From Lepidodermella squamata (taxonomy: Eukaryota; Animalia; Gastrotricha): 64,000 nucleotides of DNA. The position numbers and the translations under genes were made by a program. Positions within the stretch are counted from its first letter, which is position 1; the number at the start of each line of letters is the position of its first letter. The notes beneath the pieces are model-generated. The model was given only the letters and a program-made list of their open reading frames with translations. It had not been told where the DNA came from and ran no database searches. Location of the stretch: assembly GCA_047495785.1 (NCBI GenBank), contig JBLDXI010000032.1, positions 1,860,001-1,924,000 on the forward strand, in the 5' to 3' direction. Shown here one piece after another: positions 48,325-61,300 of this stretch.

Positions 48325-51300
48325 ATGGCCGGGTGCCAGCCGACTCAAATTGTGAAATCTCCGACGGGAAGCAGTCTGAATCAGTCGACGTCAGACTGGA
48401 AAACTGTTCGAGTCTATTTTACATCGTGGTTCTCTGAATTTGACCGAGAACGAGAATTATTACTGAAAAAAGTTGGTGAAAGTATTTAAAAATCGGCTAG
48501 ATTTCACATGAAAATTTCAGGTTTTACCAGATCTCCAAGATTGGTGTCAAACACGACGTATAAATCTTATTGAATGCAATCTACGATTGGTAAAATTTAA
48601 TTTTCAGTTTTTTCAATTTGTTTAATGAAAAATTATTTTTTTAGGGTAGCAGTAAGAAGGATAGAACGTCGTCAGCTATGGTTGAAGCGTCGTTGAAAGA
48701 AATCAAGCACAGCTTTGAAAATAATTTTCACCCATTTTTCATCAATTTAACTTCGGAATGTCTTGGCTCGGGCCAAGTCTCGTCGATGCCGTTCGAGGTC
48801 AATTTTCAAGATCCTCACGACTTCTCAGAAAATGAACTAGAGTTGCTTCGTGAGGCGTACAGATTGGGCAACGAAAATGGTAGAATTTTATTTAAAAAAT
48901 TATTTTTTAATTAGCCTAATTTTTTCTAGCATTTTTCACCGTCCGAAATTCTTCGTCATTCATCGATTCACTGCCGTCTGAGAAAAAATCATTTTATAGC
49001 AAATTACCATTTCCTGCTCAGCTCAGTCCGTCGTCGGGTGCAGGCGATGGGCAGTCAATACCTCCTAACCAAACTTTCGTTTATTCATGCGCCTTTTACG
49101 GGCTCGATTCTGTTAGTTCCCGACCGATATTGAAAGGTTTCGAGGAACAATTCTGTTTAAATGTAAATTTTTACCTATCGGGAGAATTTTTTTTAAATGA
49201 ATTTTTAAGGTGTCGCTATTTTTGCAAAATCGAATAGCTGCGCTATTTCCTGTTACGAAGTCTATTCATCCAGTAAATCCGATGGAAGAGGCAAAGCTTC
49301 AACACGAGGCTTTCATGAAGTTGGCCGCGGCTCGTGTTGTAGGCAGAGATTCTTTTATTGACGATGTAAGTTGAATTTTTTCTTAATTTTCTTTTCGAAT
49401 TTAATCTCAATTCGCCTGTTTGTGCTTGATTATGTGGTATATTTCAACTATTGAAATTCGTTTTTTCACGAATTTTTGGGGTTTCCATGGTTAAGGTTGG
49501 GGTTAGGATTAAATTTGAAAAAATCATGAATAAAAGCATGGAAAAAGTACCACAAAAAGAGCCCATTATATCCAAATATCCCATTTTAATTTTTAATTTT
49601 TCAATTTTTTTTCAAAATTTTCCAGCTTGTCACAAATTATATCGAGCAAGAACATAATTCCACCGGCGTGTTGATTTATGGCCATCCTGGTACTGGTAAA
49701 TCGTCAATAATGGCGTCTTTAGCCGACCGCTGCCTTACCTCGTCCAGCTTAATGCGAACTCCTAGAGCCGGGAATAACAATAATTCGTCGTCAGAATGGC
49801 AGGTTTTCTACCATTTTGTCGGCGCTGTACCGGGTTCAACGGATCTACTCGCCATGTTAAACCGACTCATGTTCGAACTTCGAGTTTTGGACGACTCCTC
49901 GAAACGCCCTTCGAATCTTGAAGAGGCGATGGCCCTGGTTCGAAGTGCACTCTCAAACCCAGCGGCGAGGAATTGCATCGTTATAGTAGATGCTGTTAAT
50001 CAATTCGACGACGTTCAGGACTCATCTGCCCCCGTAGCCTGGTTGCCCGTTAATTTATCGCCAGCAATTCGACTTATCGTCTCAGTCACGCCGGAAAGTA
50101 AACAGTACGATTTGCTGAGGAATTTGTTGACAAATTGGAAATTTATTCAACTGCAACCCCTGGCGAGGCAGACGAAGCGGCATATAGTCGAGTCTCAGCT
50201 GGCGCGGTTTAATAAGCAACTCGATGGCGTTCAAATGGAGTTGTTACTCAATAAACGAAGCTCAGATAACCCGATGTGGCTGTCGCTGGCTACGGAGGAG
50301 TTGAGAGCGTTCGATTTATGTAAAGAAATCACGAATAAAATTCGATCGCTGCCCGATGGATTGTTGGAGTTGGAAGAGGAAATCTTGGCTAGGTTCGAGC
50401 GAGAACCAGTCGGGCGGTACGTTGTTGCGGCTGTTTGTTTGCTCGAGTGTTCGGTTCGCGGTCTTCGCGAGGGCGAAATGGTCGATTTGTTGGCGCAATC
50501 TGATGCTCTGCCTGTGGAGTTGGACGCTGTTGTTGCGGCTTGCCAGCGCCAGCATGCTGCTCTGCGGCAAAGAACTGAGTCGGCTGCTTTAATGGAGACG
50601 TCATCATCGGTGAGTTGAAGAAAATTAATTAAATTTTAAATTAATATCTTTCGGAATATCTTTTAGCCGAACCAAATTTACGGTGAGCGGAACCTAATTT
50701 GCTTTTTGCGGAACCAAAGTCGAAATATGCCAAGAGTAATTTTTTTAATATTTATACGAATTTTAGGCTAAGCATGAATTCTTAATTGAATACTCCGTCT
50801 GATAGAGAATGTTGCGCTGAATTCACTGGTGAATTTTCTAGAATTATTCTGGCCAATCTTGAACTGCGATAAATACTCGAAAAGCGATTTCAGGCCACTA
50901 GAAAAGTCTAAAATTTGGTTCCGCTAACAGCAAATTTGGTTCCGCTGACAGGAGGACCCTTAATTTAAATTATGAACGTGACGTCGTAACTAGCGGCCCG
51001 TTATTTTTTTAAATAATGGCTATCCTTTATCATCGGAATGGTGTATCGACCATATAGCACTATGTTCGATATATTTTGCAACATCAATTTCTATTGCGGC
51101 AAGAGTTCGCTCGTCGTAGCGTTGGGCAGCGGTTACAAACCGCTGGTCGATACCAGTGACGCCAGCTAAGGCGATCGCGTCAATAGGGTGCGTTTCTTGA
51201 GGAAGGTTCAGCCAGGCTCCAAGGGCATAGGCTTGAAGGTCCACAAGGGCTGAATGGCTCATGCAGTACCAGGTCGGGGCACCATACAGCGACACCGGTT

Positions 51301-54300
51301 TTTATAAGTGTCTGATAAAACAAAACACAAACTTCTTTGGGCAAATTTTTAGCTCGGCAAAGGCCGTGCAGACCGTCGGATCTTTGAAGAAATGGCGTCG
51401 AGATGTGTCGACAATGATAGGAGCGGCGTTAGGTGTAGGCCTAGGTATCGAACTTGATTGACCTGCGGTATGGCTTGGCCCTACAAGCTAAAGTTGGCAG
51501 TGGAAGGCTTGGTTAGGGTTAGTAGGGTTACTACGGTCCTCCTGTGCTGTTTCTGAGAGCGCTAGTGATTGCTTCCCAGCCATCGATGACATTGTCGCGC
51601 AATGAGGTTGGCGGCCCACCGTGCAATTTTTTACACCGATTTACAAAAGGCTACCGATTAAAAAACATCCGCTTATAGACTTGTAGTGACTTGTCAAAGT
51701 TGTATTGAGTCAAATTTCTTCGAACTCAAAGCAGCTTTTTTGGGTGATTTTCGCCTTCGCTTCTTCTGATTCTTTGCGCGCTTATATTTTTCGATGAGAG
51801 CGGAATTTTCGACTTTTGCTCTGCGATGAACTCGCCTCAGCTTTTTTACTTCGCCAGATCGATCAAAGTAACAAGAACGCATTTGATGATCAGATCTCAC
51901 CTTTTTTCCTTCAATTTTCGAGCTGCTTGAGTAAATCGGCCTTTTCTTGTTGTAACTGTTCAATCATCGAGATACTCGCTGTTGCGATAGCAACACCTTG
52001 ATTTGCAACTTCAACGGCCTCGTTTCTGTTTACTTGGACACGGATTGAAAACCATCGCGGAATGAATCGACCGCAGGAACGGAGTTTGACGATTCTGAAA
52101 TTAACAAATTCTCGCCGGGTTGGCTGTTTAGATGACGCACTCCAAAAACATGTTTATCTCGAAAGCGTTTGAGCGTAGCCAGTGAAGATTTATTCAATTT
52201 CGCAACGTGCAACGGTCGTAGGCCTTTCTTCTTGCTGGAACCCCATTGGGCTTCTTCTTTGCCGGGAGCTACAGATATTTTCTTAGCTGCACTCTAAATC
52301 TATAGGCGGGTTGTAAGTTGTAAGCATGTACATGGTTTGGTTACAAGTAGCCATAAAAACGGTTCTGAAACCCTGACAATAAGCCTCACAGTGGCGGTTT
52401 ACGTAACGGCTTGTGTGACGGTCCGGAACCCGCACAATTAATTTCTCAATTTCGGCGTCGTCGACATTGAGCGTCGCGAAAAAGCTCACGAGCAAAGCTA
52501 TCCAAATGAACCACAAATCATTGCAATATTACACACCTTACAAGTTGACAATGGGTGGCTTGGTTAGAGTTAGTAGGGTTACTACGGTCCTCCTCTTCTG
52601 TTTCTGATTGCGTTAGTGATTGCTTCCCAGCTGTCGATGACATTGTCGCGCAATGCGCTGCTCGGCATGGCATGCATGGACGCACGACGCGCGACAGGCC
52701 TGGTCGTACTGCGCTGGTGAGGATGACCAGTTTATACTACGCAATTTGCGGATAGAGCTGAGAATTACCACTGTCGGCCTGTGGCCTTTGACAGTTGACG
52801 GGGAACTCCCTTGCAATAACTTTTTCAATGTGCTGGATGGACGCGCATTCAATAAGGGCCGTCGCATTTTATGCAATAGAACTCAGTTTTATTTTAAAAT
52901 GGGGAATTTTATGAAACAATCAAATTGAGTCACGTGGTTTCATCAGCTTTCTTTCTGCATCACTCTGCATCACTGATTCCGGCGATTTCGCCAACTAGCT
53001 CAACGTCTTCCGCATCCGGGACGACATGCTCCAGAAGCTTAATAGTAGCTTTTTCATTCACAAATAGCTGCTTGCGCTCACGGAAACTTTGAAGGAGGCA
53101 GTGGGGGCGTCATCAATTGTGATAACCTGCCCCGAATTTCTGACGAGTCCTTTTTGCGCACCGAAAACGACATCGGCTATCATTTTTTTGTCATCGCGCA
53201 AGAAAAATCGGTCGGGTTGCTCTACAGAACTACGTTCTCATCCTATGGCTGAAATTTGGTTCCGTTAGAAGATAGGAATTATAAATTATTATAAATTATA
53301 AATTATAAATTATTATAAATTATAAATTATTATAAATTATAAATTATAAATTTTAAGTTTTAAGTTTTTAGTTGTACCATTTTTGGTTTTCTGCTACTCT
53401 CTCCATCTAAGATTCTGAATTTTAACTTTTAATCTTATATTTAGAAATTGGACGATTCCCGATGGCAAGATGTTTATCGAGTCCTGCGGCCCTTTATCCG
53501 GCCTTTTGGGGCTAGCGATGACGGCCGATTCGATTTTTACCATCGCTCGTTGAGTAAGGCCGTTCGTCGGCGGTATTTCGCGCCCGCTTCGTCCGACGCC
53601 CCAGAAAGTGCAAAACTACAAGCCGAACGCAATTTCAGCTGGTTCCACCGCCGGCTAGCCGATTATTTCGGCTCACAGGACCAGTGCTCGGACCTGAAAC
53701 GGCGCGTTGAAGAGTACCCGATCCACGCGTGGCGTTGTGGTGACGCCGATGGCCTGATCAAATTTCTATCGAGTTGGGAAGTTTTCGATCTCATGTACGA
53801 TTCGGAGTTTTCGCGGCAACTTAGCAAAACCTGGGCGCTTGTCTTCAGTTTACTTACTGCGAAAGCGAAAAGCGAAGGCACGCTGATTAATTTGAGCAAT
53901 CGCAGGCCGGGCAATCTCGAGGGAATCTACGATAAAATGGAAAAAATTTACGAAGAAGCAGTAGATCAGGTATTTTTGAGAAATTTAAAAAAATTCCAAA
54001 TTTTAAGGTGGATTTTTTATTTTTTTAACAGTTGATGAATTCTGGTTGTGATGATAATTTGATTATCGACCGGCTTGAACGAGTCGCGCGAATTTTCATG
54101 CAAAATGGGAGATTTGAGGCGGCTATGAAGCTGGCGGATAGCATCATTGAAATGACGAGCGAAACGCTGACGGACGCAATAGCGGACGAAAACGAGGGCA
54201 AAACGGCAAGCCTCGATATTAGCTCGTCCGAGGAACAAGTCATAATTTTACCAAATTCAACTGCATCGACAGAAGAAACGCCTTTATTCGACGATTTTAC

Positions 54301-55078
54301 CAAGGGCAGTGAAGATGTTAAAAAAGCAAGGCTACGGCATGCGGGTTATGTATTTCTGAAATCGGAAATTCTCGACGAGTTCATGCGATCTGTCGATTAT
54401 ATTTTGAAAAGCCACCTGCCGAAAATTTTGATACTAGTCGAAGGTTTCGAAAAGGCGCTCGAGGTGTTTCGAGTGCTCGCCCCGGATGACCCGCGTTTAG
54501 GCCGTGGGTTGAATCGGCTCGCGTTTCATTACGCTGGAATAGCCGCTAGGGGTGGTACGGATACGATGACAACTGAAATGGCGAAGGAGAAGGCGGTGCG
54601 ACGGGTTGAGGAGGCGATTGCGTTTTACACGCGGCTAGGCGACCAGCCGGTTAATTTAGCCGATTGTTACATAACGCGCGGCGTGTGTGAGGGTATGGCG
54701 AATGAGGCGCAGCGCGAGTATTACATGCGAGGGTTGAATCTAGTCATTGAACACGCCGGGTTTTTCCACCCGCTGCTCGACCGCGCCTACCTGAACGTCG
54801 GCATCTACCACGAGGAGGCCGGCGAGTTGGAGGATGCGTATGCGTACTTTCGCAAGTGGTACCAGCTGCTGATGACAATCTACGGCGCCGGGCACCCGCG
54901 CGCCCAGCGCAGCATCCGCATTTTGAACGAAGATGCGTATAAGCAAATGGCGCTGTACCACGGCCACACCGTGCCGACAATCACGGCGGAAATGCTGGCC
55001 GAAAGCGAGGCGAATGACGATGACGAAAACGAGGCGGGTAACGACCAGGGCGTCGGCGATCAGATGAACTTTCCTTAG
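48325..55078 (+). CDS. STAND-2: divergent DUF4062-NACHT-TPR paralogue interrupted by a 2.8-kb intron containing mobile-element remnants
   Basis: ATG 48325 MAGCQPTQ..WKTVRVYFTSWFSEFDRERELLLKK|VLPDLQDWC. Walker A GHPGTGKS (about 49680), IVIVDAVNQF. Phase-0 intron 50610-53444 rejoins in frame to KLDDSRWQDVYR. TPR region LADCYITRGV; stop at 55078 followed by AATAAA. Confidence 0.82.
51001..51480 (-). mobile_element. Decayed 3' fragment of a non-LTR retrotransposon (LINE) ORF2: end of the reverse transcriptase and thumb region
   Basis: With two frameshifts the - strand reads QVRYLGLHLTPLLSLSTHLDAISSKIRR / LPKEVCVLFYQTLIK / PVSLYGAPTW. This matches the LINE RT signatures KYLG..L....H...I..K and Y...IRP...YG...W. 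Stop at 51020, followed by a short A-rich tract. Confidence 0.72.
51506..52655. repeat. Dispersed direct repeat pair of about 100 bp (about 51506-51605 and 52557-52655)
   Basis: Both copies read ggcttggttag(g/a)gttagtagggttactacggtcctcct..tgtttctga..gcg.tagtgattgcttcccagc..tcgatgacattgtcgcgcaatg. Confidence 0.9.
53277..53352. repeat. AT-only tandem repeat, (ATAAATT)n with ATT insertions
   Basis: aattataaattattataaattataaattataaattattataaatt..., directly after the right-hand inverted repeat. Confidence 0.9.
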
Positions 55079-56065
55079 TTTTTGTTTCGTGTCTGAATAA
55101 TATCGAATCCGAAAAAAATGTGAATAAATCGATTTATTAATATGCAATTTTCTGTGAGTAGAGCTTTCAGCGAAATATTAAATAAAATCTGCTGTGTAAT
55201 TTTTATGATTCACTGTAAATCCATTTTCCTGCTGTATTTCGATTTGTTACAAGAACAGTGATTTTGTGATAATACCTCATCCCGAAAAATGTTGCTTATT
55301 GCGAATGTCACTTGGCTGTGAAAAATTAAAGATTTAATAAAAGGTCTGGCGCATTTCTCCCGGCTTTTTTTATGCCAGAAATATTGAAATACGCCGGAAA
55401 AGCGGTATCGATGGCGGGTACTATTTTGGGTCGAATTAGAGTTCATATGTAGCCTCTCGAGAGGCAAGCGTATAATGACCTGGAAAATGTTGAATCTGAT
55501 TGTTTAGGCTGGAAGACGCTGAAATACGAATTCGAGATAATTTGGCTTTTAAAGTTATTTCTGAGGGATGTTCCTGAACCTTTTGGCCTTTAAATAAGTG
55601 TAGAGACGACTACGAATTAATTAATTCGAAGCAGAATTTGACAGCTTTTCTGGCAGACTTTTCGCTGGTCTGATCTTACAGACGAGTATTGCTACGCCAT
55701 CATGAAATTCGCGTCTAAAATCGCGAAATTTCTTTATTTTACGCAATTTTGTATGCAACATTCAGCAGTCTTTCCTCACCTACTAGTCGATGGCCATTTT
55801 TTAAGGCTGCTGCATGAAAAGCCAAAAGCGCGCGGCTGTTCCCTGATGTAAATACATAGGATCAATAGGCCGGTCGATTGACGCTTGACAACACGTGTTT
55901 TTGCGTACATCTCGCTGAAAATACCGCGTGTGAGTGAAAAGCCTGTCTCCATCATCGATTGGTATAATGGGCAGCAATGTCAGTCGTTTGCTTCAACTGA
56001 AATCACGCTACCTATAGACAGCGTTCCAGCAAGCACGTAGATGCTGATAGAAATGTTTTAAAATT

Positions 56066-59000
56066 ATGGGCTGCACCTTGACTTCACCGGAAAATCCTAA
56101 TCAAAGCAATAATTCACCTGCCACAACTAGTGCAATGACGTCTCATGGAAGCAACGATGTAGCAAAACCCTTGGAACCTCAGAAAAAGCTCCTACCATCG
56201 TCAAACATTAAACCCGAAGATTCAGCGCGTGGAGAGGACAAAAAGCCCGTTCTTTTAACAAAATCGTTAATTGATCTCGCTTGGAAGATAGCCAGTGAAC
56301 AGGTGGAAAGAAGTCGGCAGAAAAAACCTCCCCCAGTCGTCAAAAGGGCTTCATGGAAGACGATTCGAATTTTCGTATCATCTACTTTCAAAGACTTCGA
56401 TTCTGAGCGAGAAATTCTAGTCAAAAAAGTATTCCCAGATCTTCGACTTTGGTGCCAAACTCGCCGGCTTCATCTTGTTGAGTGTGATTTGCGATGGGTA
56501 ATGATTGGTCTGATTTTTACAGATGGATAAAGAAATTTAATGATTTTCAGGGTGTCCCATTGAACACGACAGCTGAAGCTCCATTGCGAACATGTCTCGG
56601 TGAAATAGACCGATGTATTTCGGAAAATATAGTCCCTTTCTTCATCAATATGGATAGTGAACGAATTGGCTGGATTCCAACTGCTGACCAGTTACCAGAC
56701 TGGGTGAAAACGGAGTACAATTGGATTGAAGGCATGTCTATCACAGAGATGGAAATAATGCACGCAGCATTCAGACACGATAACCCGAACGGTGAGCTAG
56801 TTGACCTTATGTTTTTCATAAAATTAACCTTAATCAAAATCAGCAATATTCCTAATTCGTGATTCATCTTTCCTGGAAACGGTTCCACCTGAACACAAAG
56901 CCATTTACATCGACGAGAACGAAATTGCTGCTTACAAGCTTGAAAAGCTAAAGGCTATGTTGGAAAAGCGATACCAGTCGACGAAGCATTTATTCCATTA
57001 TAAATGTCATTTTGGCGGTGTCGACCCGGTAACTAAATGGCCAAGGTTGATTGGTCTGGAAGAATTCGCTCAAGCTGTAAGTTGCTAAATCCTGTCTGCA
57101 AAAATTTATCTAACCTTGCTCTTGTAGGTTTTCAACTTTTTCCAGGAGAGAATTTCCTATCAATACCCACTAGTGGAAACAGAAAAACTAAACCCGCTGG
57201 AAGAATGCAAGCTGCAGCACGAAAATTTCATGCAGATGCATTCTCAAATGGTTGTGGGCAGGGATGAACTCATCACATCGGTATAATACTATGCTTTCCA
57301 TAACAGTCAGGCATTCTTACCGCCAATGATTTGAATACAGTTAATAGCTGATCACATAGTCAGTCAAACGTCGCGAAAGCCGGTTTTGGTATCAGGCGGT
57401 CCTGGTTTAGGAAAGTCTTCAATTATGTGTTTGCTCGCCACCAGATGCCATGAGAAATCATTGACTGCAAAGTTACCAAAGTAAGTGGTCTTACTCGCCT
57501 TCACTACAGATATCATTTGCTTTACCAAAGGGTGAAAGGTAAGAAATGGATCGTGTTCGGCCACTTCGTAGGGGCTCTCGCTGGTTCAACAGACCTACTG
57601 GCAATGCTGAACCGGCTACTGTTCGAGTTGGAAATTTTAGGCAGAAATGCGAAATTGCTCACCGATCTTGAGGAAGCTATGGGCATGGTGCGAGGAATTC
57701 TTTCGAAAGACTCTACGCCTAACTGCATTATCGTTATCGACGCGATAAATCAGTTTACTGACGTCAGAGGCCAGGTTGCACCTATTGCATGGCTGCCAAA
57801 TCGTTTAGGCGAAAACGTTCGCATCTTTGTTTCTGCGATACCAGAATCTGTGCAATATCAACGCATTCAACGAGAGTTTGGCAATGACTGGAACATCGTT
57901 CAACTTCAGCCACTTGATAGAAAAACTAAAGAGCACGTGGTATCTTCGTATTTGCACCGATATAACAAGTAAGTTTCACTTACTATTGTTTTGATTTGCC
58001 ATTTTAGATGAAATTTAAGGTTACTTGATGAAGCTCAAATGGAACTACTAATGAACAAGCAGGCATCTGATAATCCAATGTGGCTGACTCTCGCCGCTGA
58101 AGAACTTCGTGTTTTTGGCCTGGTCCGAAAATTGACAGCGAAAATCTCCTCTCTTCCTGATGGCTTGTTCGAGCTCGAAGAAGAAATTCTAGCCCGATTT
58201 GAATCTGAGAGTGAAGCATCTCTACTAATATCGACCCTCTGCCTCCTTGAATGCTCGACTTCGGGTCTTCTTGAGGTTGAATTGATTGAGCTTCTGGCTA
58301 CACCGAAACTTATCCCTCAACAATTATCCGACCTGGTCAAGTCCCGTAGCCAGGCTAATCTAGACCACGCACCAGCCGATGATTTGGTAGATGAACGAGG
58401 CTCAACCACAAGGAGGCGTATTACGGCAAGTCGATGGGCTGATGTCTATCGTTTCCTGCAACCGTTTCTGCGACCATTTGGCTCATCCGGAGAGGGAAGA
58501 CTCGATTTCTACCACCGCTCCTTAAGCAAAGTCATCCGGAAGCGTTATTTTCAATCAAATTCGGCCGAAGATTCTGTCGGCGAAATTCAGAAATTCTATT
58601 ATCGAATTCTAGCGGATTACTTTAGCCGTCCTAAGGCCGAGATCGAACGACGCGTCCAAGAATATCCGAATGCAGCGTTCAAATGCGGCGACGTCAACGG
58701 CCTTAAAGCATTCCTTAGTGATCTCGCTGTCTTCGATGCAATGTACGACAAAGACTTCTCTAGTCAACTGAGCCAAGGCTGGGCGTTGGTCCACGAGCTA
58801 ACCGAGAGGCCTAAACCCCCCGAACAAAGAAGCCAAAACGTCTACGGAATAATGGAGGCTACTTATATGCAAATCGTCGACGATCTGTGCGATGGGAAAT
58901 TCACCGGCAAAGATGCGCTGCAATTGCCGGTAAGATTAGGCCGAATCGCCCGCGTTCTCATGCAGAATCGTTGCTGCGAATCTGGTGCGAAAGTTGCAGA

Positions 59001-59760
59001 TCGCCTTGTTAAGATGACCGAAGTTGCCGATGAAGAATCTGCCTCAAACGAACAGCTACTACGCCATGCGAAAAATTTGTTCTTGAAGGCAATCATTATC
59101 GACGAAGATCTAAGGTTTCACGACTATCTTTTCCGAATTCATGCGGCCAATTATGATCCAAAGAAACCGCTACCACAGCTTGTTAATTTGATTAACTGCT
59201 ACCAGTTCGCAATAGCTATTTTCCGGAAGCTAGCCCCTCAGGATGCCCGATTGGGTCGGTGTCTCAATGGTGCAGCGTTCAATTATGCTGGAATCTCCAT
59301 GCGAGGTGGCTGCGATGAAATCTCAAGCGAGGCGGCTAAGCTGGCAGCCAGAGATCTCATTAAACAGGCGATCAATATTTACTCGAAGAAGGAAGATAGT
59401 GATCTGAACGTTGCAGACTGTCTTATCACAAGAGGTATCTGCGAACTGGAACCCACGCCGAAGCAGCTTGAATACTACACAAAAGCGCAATCTATGATTA
59501 TAGAAAAATTCGGGCCGTTCCATACGCTTTTGCTTCGAGCTTATTTCAATATTGGAATTTACTTTCAAGAGCTGGGCGATGGTGACCAAGCTCATCTTTA
59601 CTTTGAAAAGTGGCATCAGCTGCTAGCTGACGTCTTTGGTTCACATCATCCCCGCACGGTTCGCGCAGCTACGTTCGTTAGTGAGGCTAATTACAAGAAG
59701 TTCGCTGCTGAGCGAGCTGCTGCTAAGGCTGCCGATCAGCCTCTGAAAGAAGACCCTTGA
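56066..59760 (+). CDS. STAND-3: DUF4062-NACHT-TPR protein, predicted N-myristoylated/palmitoylated
   Basis: Starts MGCTLTS. WKTIRIFVSSTFKDFDSEREILVKKVFPDL; SITEMEIMHAA; Walker A GGPGLGKS (about 57394); IIVIDAINQF; LDFYHRSLSK; TPR helices ending HHPRTVRA. Confidence 0.88.
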
Positions 59761-60208
59761 AGAAAGAACGAACAAGACTATTTTAACTGCTTATTTTCGG
59801 GTATTTTCGAACCTGAGCTTAACGGGGCATGACCGTGAGCACAGAGGCCTCACTCTGGTCTTGAATAATCATTTTTTCTGTAATTTCTATGCTAGCTTTT
59901 CCAAACGAAAGTTATATTCTTGATACTAGAATGAAAACTTTCCTTTATCGCGAAACCGATAATAATTTCTCGCAGTTAAATCAGCGGGCGGTGTGTTGGA
60001 CCGATAGCTTTTTAATGAAAGCGCGCAGCTAATTGTAACCATGTGATATTTTTAGCTTGTGAGTTGTTCCTTGTTATTGGTCCGATCAATAAAGTTTATC
60101 ATTAAATTTTAATCGTGTTTTTTTATTGGCTGCTTGCCTGAATACAAATTCAATGTATGGAGGTGCATTTTCACTCAGTTCAGAACATAGTTCTGCTCAT
60201 GCCACATT

Positions 60209-60415
60209 ATGGATAATTCAAAAGACAGCAGTCAACCAGTCGATGCGAAGAAATGTGGCAAAGATTTGAACCCAGACCTAAATAGCAACACGGTTCTGCA
60301 ACCACCGCACAATGTCAAGAAAATTGCACCCGGAGCACCTTGGTCCAATACGCCGCGAATAGCATTGGAAAGAGCAAAACAGAACCAGACTTCGGAAGGA
60401 ACGAAAGATTCCTAA
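60209..60415 (+). CDS. Possible small hydrophilic protein (68 aa), no recognisable domain
   Basis: True ATG start; stop immediately followed by AATAAA (60417-60422); co-oriented with the array. No homology recognised. Confidence 0.25.
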   Translation: MDNSKDSSQPVDAKKCGKDLNPDLNSNTVLQPPHNVKKIAPGAPWSNTPRIALERAKQNQTSEGTKDS

Positions 60416-61300
60416 CAATAAAAACTTATATTTTATGGTCTTCGTGTAACGTGCCAACTCATATTAAATTGATATTACTCTGCCTACTGGGTATTAGTAA
60501 AGAGTTAAATGGCGACCGTCGCATATGGTACAATACACTGGATATTGCGACGTTCACTCATGTTTTTGCTACACTCACTCAGTTTCTTGCGACGGTCGCT
60601 CAGCCACCCATAAGTAAATAGACGTACTTGTCATGAGACGTGCCATGGGTTCCCAGTAAATCAGAACAGACGAGCTGAAATGAGATACCACATTGAATGA
60701 AGTAGTCCAACGTGCTGCTGTCTTGAAACGTATTGTGAATATTCACATTCTTGCCCATTGCTTCTTCTTGAGGATATTTTATGTCGGAAGCTTCGAAATG
60801 GAAGCCTAAAGTACTTCTCATGGTAGTGTCAACCAACAAGGCCTGTCGTAAATAGCGTATAAAATTTTTGACTCCACTGCATTATAGTTATAGTATATAT
60901 TTTTAATTTCCAATCCGGCCTTATCAAACGGATGAAACCATTTGATCGATTTATCATACTATGAAAATAAAAGCAACCGAGTTATAACAGGTAAAGACTC
61001 AAAAATTTTATTTGTCGTGGTAGCAGTAAATAGCCTTCTTCAGATATCTTCAGACCATCAAATTGCTCTGTTGATTTAGATGAAATTTGCGTCTCGTGTG
61101 AAAGTTGCTCACTACACGGATGTGAAATCATCGATCGACATTTTCTACTCCAACATTCCAAACTACGATTCATTAATGATTACTAAGCGCAACTATGGAT
61201 TCAATATCGACCTCTGCAAGCATATGTTGGATACTGTAGCTGCGAGTGCTTACTCTTCGAAGCGAATAATTTAGCGTAAAACACCAGAGTTACCAGAGTC

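Larger units (their letters stand above)
50655..53275. mobile_element. Non-autonomous inverted-repeat (MITE/foldback-like) element with 21-bp-period subterminal repeats, apparently split by a nested insertion of about 2.3 kb
   Basis: Three copies of TAGCGGAACCAAATTT-like units at 50664, 50685 and 50706; inverted copies AAATTTGGTTCCGCTA-like at 50911, 50932 and 53252. The outermost left and right units match at 20/24 nt as an inverted repeat. No target-site duplication identified. Confidence 0.62.

Noticed and set aside
50664-50947. Regularly spaced 21-bp-period repeats as a CRISPR-like array
   Set aside because: Eukaryotic context, spacers of only about 5 nt, an inverted arrangement typical of transposon subtermini, and no cas genes.
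50989-51019. Hairpin followed by CTAG|T on the - strand, resembling a Helitron 3' end
   Set aside because: The stem is AT-rich and too close to the CTAG, no Rep/helicase remnant was seen, and the A-tract is better explained as the tail of the adjacent LINE fragment.
49488-51530. TTAGGG-like words at about 49490-49510 and 51511-51530 as interstitial telomere repeats
   Set aside because: Only two or three degenerate units each; the second lies inside a dispersed repeat.
1964-59616. Many 60-170 aa antisense or alternative-frame ORFs overlapping the large genes
   Set aside because: Shadow ORFs of real coding exons, with no recognisable motifs.
60600-61274. ORFs 60600-60839 (-) and 61080-61274 (+) as genes or as a missing DUF4062 exon of STAND-4
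   Set aside because: No DUF4062 motifs were noticed and no in-frame splice path to 61301 was found.
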